This document shows positions 49,914 through 59,013 of a stretch of 64,000 nt of DNA, one piece after another. Both the position numbers and the translations under genes were made by a program. Within the stretch, counting starts at the first letter, position 1. Every line of letters starts with the position of its first letter. The notes under the pieces are model-generated. The model ran no database searches. It was given only the letters and a program-made list of their open reading frames with translations, and was not told the origin of the DNA. The DNA is from Lachnospiraceae bacterium (GTDB taxonomy: Bacteria > Bacillota > Clostridia > Lachnospirales > Lachnospiraceae): the NCBI GenBank assembly GCA_021205225.1, contig JAJPXX010000222.1, positions 5,298-69,297 of the forward strand, read 5' to 3'.

Positions 49914-50915
49914 ATGAAAAAATGGAAAACGGTTTTAGCTGTTCTGACAGCTATGATGATGACGGGTACACTGGCTCTTACCGGCTGCGCAGAGGAATCG
50001 GAAGCGGTTACGGTACATTTCGGAGTGCTCTCCGGCCCAACTGGCATTGGCGCGGCAAAGCTTCTGACAGACAGTGACAATGGAGAAGCAGAGAATACCT
50101 ACGAATATATGATTGCTGCGGATAACAGTGAGATTGTATCTGGTCTGACCACCGGTGAGCTGGATATTGCCTGCATGGCGTCTAACATGGCTCTGAATCT
50201 GTATAATCAGACAAAGGACAGTGAGGATTCGGGCATTCAGGTGATTGCGCTCGGCACACAGGGCGTACTTCACATTCTTGAGAGCGGCGGCAGCGAGGAG
50301 ATTCAGTCTGTCAGTGATCTGGAAGGAAAGACCATCTACGCGACCGGACAGGGAAGCAATCCGGAATATATTCTCCGGTATCTGCTTGAGTGCAATGATC
50401 TGGATCCGGATGAAGATGTAGAGATCGTATTCGCTGAGGCGACGGAGATCAGCGCCGGCCTGATTTCCGGAGAGATCGAAGTGGCAATGCTTCCGGTTCC
50501 GGCGGCTACTGCGGCGATTCTCCAGAGCAGCGGTACAGTACGTGATGCGCTGGATGTAAACGATGCATGGGAAGAGCTTGGAAATGGTTCTTCGCTGATC
50601 ATGACCGCGGTCGTGGCCCGCACGGAGTTCATCGAGGAAAACCCGGATGCGGTCGAGACGTTCTTAGATGAATACGAGGCCTCCATCGGATATGTAAATT
50701 CAAATATAGAAGAAGCAGCGGAGCTGGTGGCGGAGCTTGGCATCACCCCATCCTCTGCGATAGCGGCGGCGGCGATCCCGCAGTGCAACCTCGTATTTAT
50801 CTCCGGCGAAGCGATGGAAACGGCGATCACGGATTATTACGACGTGCTCTATGAGGCGAATCCGGACTCCGTTGGCGGCGCGCTGCCGGACGATGGGTAT
50901 TATTATGTGGGATAA
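49914..50915 (+). CDS. NitT/TauT (SsuA/NMT1-like) ABC substrate-binding lipoprotein
   Basis: Lipobox LTGC, SVSDLEGKTIY..GQGSNPEY, AMLPVP. Followed by permease and ATPase. Confidence 0.88.
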   Translation: MKKWKTVLAVLTAMMMTGTLALTGCAEESEAVTVHFGVLSGPTGIGAAKLLTDSDNGEAENTYEYMIAADNSEIVSGLTTGELDIACMASNMALNLYNQTKDSEDSGIQVIALGTQGVLHILESGGSEEIQSVSDLEGKTIYATGQGSNPEYILRYLLECNDLDPDEDVEIVFAEATEISAGLISGEIEVAMLPVPAATAAILQSSGTVRDALDVNDAWEELGNGSSLIMTAVVARTEFIEENPDAVETFLDEYEASIGYVNSNIEEAAELVAELGITPSSAIAAAAIPQCNLVFISGEAMETAITDYYDVLYEANPDSVGGALPDDGYYYVG

Positions 50916-51651
50916 AAAATGTGTTAAGATTTTGCTGCCCCTGGCCTTTTGGCTGGGGGTTTGGCAAATTGCGGCTATGACGGCAGGCTTTCCTCTCCTT
51001 CTGCCGACACCGGTATCCGTTGGATGCACACTGCTGGAACTGGCAGTTACGGGAGCATTCTGGCGGAGTGTAGTGCTCAGCCTTGGCCGTGTCCTGTGCG
51101 GAATGCTCCTGGGGAGTGTTCTTGGATGTGTACTTGCGCTTCTGACCTGGCGCTTTTCGATTGCGGATCTGTTTTTGTCTCCGGCAATCAGGGTCATTCG
51201 CGCCACCCCGGTGGTTTCCTTTATTCTTCTGGTATATCTCTGGGTGACTCGCACACACATCCCCAGTGTAATCTCTGCGCTGATGGTGCTGCCGGTTATC
51301 TGGAGCAGCCTGCGGGCAGGACTGGATTCCGTCGATCCGCAGCTTCTGGAGCTGGCAGGAGCCTATCGCCTTGGGCGCGTAAAGACTCTGCGCCTGGTCT
51401 GGCTGCCTTCTCTGCGCGCGCATATGAGCAGCGGTATTAGTACCGGACTGGGACTGGCTTGGAAATCCGGTATTGCCGCGGAAGTGATCTGCCCGCCGCG
51501 CTACGCAATTGGGACAGAGCTCTCAAAGGCAAAGACGGCGCTGCAGTCATCGAAGCTGTATGCCTGGACAATTGTGATTATTATTCTGTCATTGACGCTG
51601 GAGAATGTGCTTCGGCGGGTTTTACGGAAGAGCAGACGGATGAATCGATGA
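50905..51651 (+). CDS. NitT/TauT ABC permease
   Basis: [49 protein letters not shown]. Confidence 0.92.
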   Translation: MWDKKCVKILLPLAFWLGVWQIAAMTAGFPLLLPTPVSVGCTLLELAVTGAFWRSVVLSLGRVLCGMLLGSVLGCVLALLTWRFSIADLFLSPAIRVIRATPVVSFILLVYLWVTRTHIPSVISALMVLPVIWSSLRAGLDSVDPQLLELAGAYRLGRVKTLRLVWLPSLRAHMSSGISTGLGLAWKSGIAAEVICPPRYAIGTELSKAKTALQSSKLYAWTIVIIILSLTLENVLRRVLRKSRRMNR

Positions 51652-51683
51652 ATGGGATTTTAGTAAATACAGGGGAGCTTATA

Positions 51684-52280
51684 ATGGATGGCCTTCTCAT
51701 AGAAAACCTTAGCTTTTCCTATGGTGAAAAGTGTGTAATAAGTAATTTTTCTCTGGATTTGCCATTGACTGGTATGACCGCCATTTCCGGTCCCTCCGGC
51801 TGTGGGAAAACGACATTGCTGCGTCTCCTGGCGGGGCTGGAAAAGCCATCAGGCGGAAGCATAAAAGGAATCAAACCGGAAGAAACTGTGATCCTGTTTC
51901 AGGAGGACCGCCTGCTTCCGTGGAGAACGGTTCGGGAGCAGATTTCGGATGTGCTGCCGAAAGGACGGCGGGCAGAAGCCGATCAATGGCTTGCCTTTGC
52001 AGAGCTTGAAAAGGAAAAAGATGTATATCCGGACGCCCTGTCCGGCGGAATGGCGCGTCGACTCGCTCTTGCGCGGTGCTGTGCGCTGGGGGGAAAGCTG
52101 CTTCTTCTGGATGAACCATTTGCGGGCGTCGACGTCAGGCGCCGTGCCCGCATGATGGAACGACTGAAAAAACTTGGGATACCCGCGCTCCTGGCAACGC
52201 ATGAGCAGGATGTTGTCGCAGCATGCCAAAGGGTGGTATGCCTGGAAGGGCCACCGCTGCGGGTGGTTCCTTTGGTTTGA
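51684..52280 (+). CDS. NitT/TauT ABC ATP-binding protein
   Basis: [33 protein letters not shown]. Confidence 0.93.
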   Translation: MDGLLIENLSFSYGEKCVISNFSLDLPLTGMTAISGPSGCGKTTLLRLLAGLEKPSGGSIKGIKPEETVILFQEDRLLPWRTVREQISDVLPKGRRAEADQWLAFAELEKEKDVYPDALSGGMARRLALARCCALGGKLLLLDEPFAGVDVRRRARMMERLKKLGIPALLATHEQDVVAACQRVVCLEGPPLRVVPLV

Positions 52281-52377
52281 GTGAGTCAGCTGTTTCGCGG
52301 ATGGTTCACAAGCTGCCCTCTGCTGTATTTGTCTGTTTGAAACAGAGATTGTTTCGGACACTCGCTGAGCAGATCGT

Positions 52378-52896
52378 TCACTCGGTCTGGATCTGCCGGA
52401 GCGCCGCCCGCAGGATTGGATACAGGACGGACGCGATAACCAGACCGCTTACTCCCTGGATACAGTTCGCGGGAACACTGGCGACCGCTGCCGGAGCACC
52501 GTACAGGAAGATTTCGCAGAAGCAATAGCCGAGCGCCACGATGAGAATATCAATGACGCCGCAGAGTGCTACGATAATGTGGTCATTTACGGAAGAAATA
52601 GCATGGCTGTGATAGAGCAGCCCGCCGCAGAGTGCGACAAGACCTTTGATAACAAAGGTGATCGGGACATAGATAAAGTACCCGCCGAGCAGATCCGCCA
52701 TTGCCGAACCGATGCCGGCCGCGAAAAATGCTGTGACCGGATCAAGAAAGACACCGCACAGAATAACCACGGCGTCGCCGGGATGAATGTAGCCCTGCGT
52801 TCCGTAGATCGGAATCCGCACAGACATTGTCATGACACAGGCAAGCGCCGCAAAAAGAGCGGCAAGTACAAGATTTTTTGTCGTGAGCTTTTTCAT
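52378..52896 (-). CDS. ECF transporter S component (HmpT/PdxU2-like)
   Basis: AALFAAL, GYIHPGDAVV, GIGSAMADLLGGY..P.TFVIKG. Confidence 0.85.
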   Translation of the reverse strand: MKKLTTKNLVLAALFAALACVMTMSVRIPIYGTQGYIHPGDAVVILCGVFLDPVTAFFAAGIGSAMADLLGGYFIYVPITFVIKGLVALCGGLLYHSHAISSVNDHIIVALCGVIDILIVALGYCFCEIFLYGAPAAVASVPANCIQGVSGLVIASVLYPILRAALRQIQTE

Positions 52897-52919
52897 AATA
52901 GAGCCTCCTCATAGATGCT

Positions 52920-53079
52920 AGTACCTCGTCTCCAAATTATCTCGACTTTATACTTGCCTGAATTTCCATCTGCTTCGTTGTCATCAGTCGACGTAGCCAC
53001 CGCTACGCCTCCTTCTTCCGCCTTGCATATGAAAATTCATCCTGCGTCTAAAGTCGAGCTATTTGGAAGACGATGTACT
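52920..53079. repeat. 160-bp palindromic element with about 31-bp imperfect terminal inverted repeats (MITE-like)
   Basis: AGTACCTCGTCTCCAAATTATCTCGACTTTA versus reverse complement of the right end AGTACATCGTCTTCCAAATAGCTCGACTTTA. Internal hairpin CGTAGC-CACC-GCTACG. Confidence 0.75.
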
Positions 53080-53316
53080 GGGGTCTGGCGGAACGATGAT
53101 TCGCTGCAACGGTTCGGAACAGTGAAACCAGACCTGGTTCGTATGCTGAGGCTCATTGTATGACACGGATGGCATTTTTGAAATATCCAATTTAAAGAAA
53201 ATTAACCATACCACTTTTGAATGCCTGCGTGTTATCGAGAATCGGCGTCAGCCGTATTCTCGCGCGCCAGGCGCAGACAGCGATAGATGTCATTTTCCTT
53301 TTATGCGCCTGTGTGC

Positions 53317-53910
53317 CTATAAAAGTGCTTCGTTATATACCGCCCGGCTTCCGCCGACGAATTTACAGCGTGTCCGTGCGCATACGACATGGGCTTCGCC
53401 AATGGTTTTCTGCGCGATCCGTACCGGGACGGCGACCTCGCGCAGGTGCATACCGATCAGGGTATCGCCGATATCGATCCCTGCGTGTGCGCGGACGTGT
53501 TCTACTGCTACCGGGTTTGAAAAATGGCGATAGGCTGCGGTGGCGAAGGAACCGCCAGCTTTTGGCTGTGGGATGACGTTGACCGGCTCATAGCCAAAAC
53601 GAAGCGCAGCCTCTTTTTCTATAATCAGCGCACGGTTCAGGTGTTCGCAGCACTGTGCCGCGAGGTATACCTCCTTTTCACTCGCGGCTTTCAAAATCCC
53701 GTTGAATACAGCTTCCGCCATCTGCGGGCTGGAGTACGAGCCGATGCGCTCCCCGGCAACCTCGCTGGTGGAGCAGCCTATGACAAGCAGCTCCTTTGCC
53801 TGCAGCTTTGCCGCCTCAAGCAGCTCTTTTGCTGCCTGGTATGCTTCCAGAGTCAATTGTAAAAGTTCTTCTGGTGTTTCCTCTGTTGGGTTGATACCAT
53901 TTACTGACAT
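53317..53910 (-). CDS. TIGR01440 / YwlG (DUF436) family protein
   Basis: VIGCSTSEV.G.RIG, QCCEHLNRAL, PQPKAGGS, GIDIGDTLIGMHL..VAVPVR. Confidence 0.92.
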   Translation of the reverse strand: MSVNGINPTEETPEELLQLTLEAYQAAKELLEAAKLQAKELLVIGCSTSEVAGERIGSYSSPQMAEAVFNGILKAASEKEVYLAAQCCEHLNRALIIEKEAALRFGYEPVNVIPQPKAGGSFATAAYRHFSNPVAVEHVRAHAGIDIGDTLIGMHLREVAVPVRIAQKTIGEAHVVCARTRCKFVGGSRAVYNEALL

Positions 53911-54026
53911 TTTTATATTGGCCTCCTTGAAATATTTTTACGTAACAGTTCAGAACAGATGGATTTTAAACTGTATCATAAGCAGGTTTCCTGTTTTCTG
54001 TCAAGCCCCTTTGCAAAAATATGCTA

Positions 54027-54184
54027 AGGATCTGTCGCGAAATTATATGCCCATCTTGCACCGGCTAACACGCGAATCGCAAGCGATAAAATCCTCAGCG
54101 CAGCCCGCTGCGCCTGCGTTTTTATCGCTTGTGCTTCACGCATTATCCGGCACAATCTGAACATATTATTTTGCGACAGCTCCT
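54027..54184. repeat. about 160-bp long imperfect palindrome in the ywlG/purC divergent region
   Basis: GGATCTGTCGCGAAATTATATG / CATATTATTTTGCGACAGCTCC ends. Inner stem GCAAGCGATAAAA/TTTTATCGCTTGT capped by GCGCAGC-CC-GCTGCGC. Confidence 0.75.
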
Positions 54185-54308
54185 AAAACAGTTATAATCC
54201 TGCGGTTATGAACGGAAGAAAGAAGATAGGGATTGCAATTTCCACGTAAATGGTTTATAAAAGAAAACGTCATCATAAAATTTTGCAGTTTGACAGGAGA
54301 GAACGCAT

Positions 54309-55178
54309 ATGAGTGAATGGAAACCGATCAAAGAGGGAAAAGTGCGCGAAATCTATGACAATGGCGACAGCCTGATCATGGTGGCGACCGACCGCATCAG
54401 CTGTTTTGATGTGATTCTGAATAATGTTGTTTCAAAAAAAGGCACGGTGTTGACCCAGATGTCCCGTTTCTGGTTTGATCTGACAAAGGATATTTTGCCG
54501 AACCATATGATTTCCGTAGATGTAAACGATATGCCGGAGTTTTTCCGGAAGCCGGAGTTTGACGGCAACAGTATGATGTGCCGGAAGCTCACCATGCTTC
54601 CGATCGAGTGCATTGTCCGCGGCTATATTACAGGCAGCGGATGGGCGAGTTATCAGAAAAATGGTACGGTATGCGGCATTACGCTTCCGGAAGGGCTCAA
54701 AGAGTCCGACCGTTTGCCGGAGCCGATTTATACGCCCTCCACGAAAGCGGAGATCGGCGACCATGATGAGAATATTTCTTATGAGCAGAGCATTGCGCAT
54801 CTGGAAAAGTATTTTCCGGGCAAGGGTGAGGAATACGCGTCGAAGCTTCGTGATTATACGATCGCGCTGTATCAGAAATGCGCAGATTACGCATTGAGCC
54901 GCGGAATCATTATTGCGGATACGAAGTTTGAGTTTGGACTGGACGAAGAGGGGCGGATTGTCCTTGGGGACGAGATGCTCACGCCGGACAGCTCGCGTTT
55001 CTGGCCGGCGGACGGCTATGAGCCTGGGCATTCCCAGCCGTCCTTTGACAAGCAGTTTGCACGCGACTGGCTGAAAGCGAATCCTGGAAATGACTGGACG
55101 CTGCCGGAGGATATTGTGCAGAAGACCATTGACAAATATTTGCAGGCGTATGAACTGCTGACAGGGATGAAATTGTAA
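54309..55178 (+). CDS. purC: phosphoribosylaminoimidazolesuccinocarboxamide synthase
   Basis: GKVREIY, ATDRISCFD, ECIVRGYITGSG, IIIADTKFEFG, DEMLTPDSSRFW, SFDKQF. Confidence 0.98.
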   Translation: MSEWKPIKEGKVREIYDNGDSLIMVATDRISCFDVILNNVVSKKGTVLTQMSRFWFDLTKDILPNHMISVDVNDMPEFFRKPEFDGNSMMCRKLTMLPIECIVRGYITGSGWASYQKNGTVCGITLPEGLKESDRLPEPIYTPSTKAEIGDHDENISYEQSIAHLEKYFPGKGEEYASKLRDYTIALYQKCADYALSRGIIIADTKFEFGLDEEGRIVLGDEMLTPDSSRFWPADGYEPGHSQPSFDKQFARDWLKANPGNDWTLPEDIVQKTIDKYLQAYELLTGMKL

Positions 55179-55223
55179 ATTGTGTAACTGTTCAAAACAG
55201 TATTGAAATGGAAAGACAGAAAT

Positions 55224-55259
55224 GAGGATAGGGAGAGCAATGCTCCCCCTATCCGTTTC
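55224..55259. terminator. hairpin terminator between convergent genes
   Basis: GGATAGGGAGAGCA-A-TGCTCCCCCTATCC stem. Confidence 0.65.
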
Positions 55260-55261
55260 TG

Positions 55262-57884
55262 TCATGCCTGCATCGCGCAGATAACATGGTTTTCAATTCC
55301 GTCTACCCACAGCTGCATTCCATCCGCCTGATAGATACGCACGATGGAGGAAAGCTCCGCGCGGTCGGGACAGATCTGCGGGAAGAGGTTTGGCTGCTCT
55401 TCAAAAAAGTCTCTCTGGTAGGAAAGCGTGCGGCGGTCGCCGAAGATTGCGCCGTAAAAGATGTTGGCTTCTACGAGATCCTGGAACATATGGCTGCCGT
55501 AGCTGAGCTCCGGCATATACCCGGCGCGGTTGTCGGTCACCTCGCAGATGGCGTCGACGCCGGAGATATCGACAAAGCGGACGGGGACGCCCAGCTCCGG
55601 CGAGCTGGTGCCGATGCGGCCGGGAACAGTGAGCAGGATGTGATGGCCGCTTCCTTTGTAATATTGGTTGATGGCTCCGATGGCTTCGGCGATCAGGGGC
55701 TTTTTTACGTGTTCAAACTCGTAGTATTCCTTCGGCTCTACCTGGATTACGATGTCGATCGGGCGGACGCAGGATTGTCCCATGGAGGATTCGCGGATGT
55801 CAAAGAAAACCTTTTCCGGAGCGACGTTCGGCATCTGAATGCGGCCGCCGTCCTTTCCGACATAGAGCGGGCGGCATTGCAGAAGATTGACGACAAAGTC
55901 GTTTTCCTTGCTGAGGTTGACGGTATATTCGATGTCAATCGGATTCCCATACGCCTGCTGAAGCTCATGCAGTGTTTTTTTCATCATGGAAGTGAATTTT
56001 CGGTTCGCCAGCAGCTGCTGGCAGCTGACGAAATATACGTCCCGGTAGCGTCCGGCTTCTTTCAGCCGATCTTCTGCCTCTGTGTCATGCTCCAGCACGG
56101 TATTTTTGTACCAGCGCGGCAGATAGGGGAGCAGGGCGGAGAGAGAAACTTCTTCCAGTTCATTTTTTTCCATGTTAATGACGTCGATTTTGTGCTGTGA
56201 GAAGCGATGTTTATCGGCTACACTTGTCAGCATGGTCACCTCCGGACGGTCGAGGTTTACCAGGCGCGGATAATCGTTCTCCGTGCGATCCACGGCTTTT
56301 GTGCCGAGTCCCATTACGATGCGGAGCATCCCTGCGGAAGGATCCATGTCCGGCATCCACTTGTAGGCGCTGTAGCTGTAGCCGACGCCGGCGGTGCATG
56401 GCATAAAATAGGGGCCGTAGTAAGCGCCGGAGACGCGCTGTACCAGAATCGCCATCTGCTCATCACGGTTGTCAAGTCCGCGGTTCCGGCGGTATTCCAG
56501 GGCAGATGGGTCCATCGTACTCGCGTAGACGATGCGCACGGCGTTTTCGAACGCTTCCATACGCTCCTCAATCTCGCCGCGGTTCGGGCAGAAGACCGAC
56601 TCATATTTTCCGGCGAATGCATTGCCGAAGCCGTCCTCAAGCAGACTGGAGGAACGCACAATGATTGGATTTTGCCCATAGTATTCGAGCATATTGCGGA
56701 ACTGTTCACGCGTAGCGGGCGAGAAAGAGCCGTGCAGCAGCCCCTGCTTTAAATTCTTCCGCCTTTTCCATATAGCCTTCGCTGGTTCGCTGCTCGATGC
56801 GCAGATTCCAGCAGCCGTTGGAGACAATATAGGTATAAAAAATATCCGAGCCAATATAAAAGGAGTCGTGCTGCTCTGCGTGCTTGTGGTAGCCGTCCAG
56901 CTTCTTTTCCACAATTTTGCGGGCGAGTAGCATGCCGCAGGCCTTTCCGCCGATCGCGCCGCTGCCGATCATCCGGTCGCGCAGGGTGAAATAATCCTCT
57001 ACTTCAAAGAATTCGTGAATCAGCTTCTGCATCTTCGGGTCGCGGCTCATCATACTTTCGATGATCATGGATTCCGTGTTTTCCGTAAAATATCCGGCCT
57101 GGTAGTCTGCCTTGGCCTTGGAGAAAAAGCGGTCATAGCTGTCATAAGACTGCTCCTGGTTAAAGGTTGAGGAGGATTTGATCAGCGAGTAATAGCGGCT
57201 GGCTGCCACCGGGTCTGTCAGCGGCTCAAAATGGTCGTCCGCGCCGCTGCAAAAATGCGGAAGGAACATCGTGGAAGAATAGCGTTTCCAGACCTTGAGA
57301 GGATGTACATAGATTTCGCTGCCGTCAGAGTGGACGTCCAGCAAAAGCTGGGTCGTCTCACGGATGCGTGCGACTGCGTCAAAGGAATGCCGCCCGCGGA
57401 TCAGCGGAAAATACGCTACCGTATCCAGGATAAACAGATAAGGACAGGTCACGCAGAAGAAGTTGCCCATCATCAGGTCCGTATACCAGGCCGACTGCAG
57501 CTCAGAAAGACTGTCAAATACATAAAATGCATCGCGCCCTTCTCTGGTAATCACGTCATGGATGGCTACGGTGAATGGTTCAAAGCCGACTTCCGGGTCG
57601 AAACGGTAAACCTTGATGCCGGAGTCCGGCAAAATACAGGAAGGCATACAGTCCTTTGACAGCGCCGGTTCTTCTGGCAGCGGAATGATTGGCGCATGCT
57701 GCGCAAAGCGGATGTAGACCAGATTCCGCTGGTCTTCCAGCGCCTGCCGGATATAGGGTTCTACAAAAAAACGGTATTCATCCAGACTTGTGACCTGCCA
57801 TACCACATTGTCGCCGAGCCGGATATTGTCCAGAATCCGGTCAAGGCCGGAAAGTCCGCTTTTTACTTTTTCAAATGCCGCCAT
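55262..57884 (-). pseudogene. PEP/pyruvate-binding (PPDK_N-like) protein with N-terminal RecA/KaiC-like region, split by a 1-nt frameshift near 56750
   Basis: ORF 57884-56706 (SGLSGLDRILD..., IGSGAIGGKACG) joins ORF 56914-55262 (IIVRSSSLLEDGFGNAFAGKYES, LNLLQCRP-like VVNLLQCRP, SYGSHMFQDLVE) if one T is removed from GAA TTT AAAG. Confidence 0.8.
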
Positions 57885-58183
57885 AAAGGGAGCCTCCTTT
57901 CAGGGGGATGAATAATTAAGATTTCTGCAATTAAAATAATATGCGGTTAAGTTCTTTTTATAATAATACACTTGTTTCCGCCAGACAAGAAGAAAGCGTG
58001 AAAATAAGAGGAGAATCAGAGAAAGTTCAAAAAGATTTCGGAAAAGGACAGGAAAAACAGAAAAAAATTTTCACGTTCCTTCATTCTGTAAAAAAGTCAA
58101 ATCATCGCTTGTAATTTACATATGAATGAGATAAGATGGACTGTGGGTTGTAAAAGCAAAAGAAAAAGGAAGTATGCTGAATT

Positions 58184-58966
58184 ATGAGACTGGTAGTGAA
58201 GGTAGGCACCTCTACACTGGCGCACAGCACGGGTAATCTGAACATCCGCCGGGTAGAGACGCTTTGCAAGGTTTTAAGTGACATAAAAAATGCGGGACAT
58301 GAGGTTTTGCTTGTTTCTTCCGGGGCGACGGGAATGGGCTCCGGGAAGCTTGGACTCCTCAAAAAGCCGGAGGACATCTCGACGAAGCAGGCGGCCGCGG
58401 CGGTTGGCCAGTGTGAACTCATGTACACGTATGACAAGTTGTTTCAGGAATACAATCACTGTGTTGCGCAGGTTTTGCTGACGCGCGCGGATATTGAGGA
58501 CGAATCCCGCCGGGCGAATCTGCACAGCACTTTTTTCCGGCTGCTGGATTTTCATGTGCTTCCGATCATCAATGAAAATGACTCGGTCGCTACAGAAGAG
58601 TTTTTTATCGGGGAAAATGACAGTCTGGCTGCGTTGGTTTCCACGATTGTCAGCGCGGATCTGGTCGTTCTGCTCTCGGATATTGACGGGCTATTTACCG
58701 CAGACCCGCATAAAAATCCGGACGCGAAGCTGATTTCGCGCGTGGAGGAGATCACGCCTGAGCTGCGGGCGCTCGGCGGCGGCGCCGGAAGTGATTTTGG
58801 CAGCGGCGGTATGTCGGCAAAGCTGAATGCGGCGCAGATTGCCATGGATGCCGGCTGCGATATGATTATTGCCAACGGGGAACACCCGGAGATTCTGTAT
58901 GACATTCTGGCGGGGAAGGATGTGGGCACCCGTTTTGTCGCCGCGGGAAAGAGCTGTCAGATCTGA
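58184..58966 (+). CDS. proB: glutamate 5-kinase (short form, no PUA domain)
   Basis: VVKVGTSTL, VSSGA, AAAVGQ, INENDSV, GENDSLAA, GSGGMSAK. Confidence 0.97.
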   Translation: MRLVVKVGTSTLAHSTGNLNIRRVETLCKVLSDIKNAGHEVLLVSSGATGMGSGKLGLLKKPEDISTKQAAAAVGQCELMYTYDKLFQEYNHCVAQVLLTRADIEDESRRANLHSTFFRLLDFHVLPIINENDSVATEEFFIGENDSLAALVSTIVSADLVVLLSDIDGLFTADPHKNPDAKLISRVEEITPELRALGGGAGSDFGSGGMSAKLNAAQIAMDAGCDMIIANGEHPEILYDILAGKDVGTRFVAAGKSCQI

Positions 58967-59013
58967 CTTGCGCACAGCTGTCATTGAAAGGATCGATTCA
59001 GAAAGGATGGAGT

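Noticed and set aside
56748..56754. TTTAAAG slippery-like heptamer at the frameshift, suggesting programmed -1 frameshifting
   Set aside because: The upstream frame reads TTT AAA and the downstream frame TTA AAG, which needs a +1 shift, not the -1 shift this motif promotes. A 1-nt insertion is simpler.
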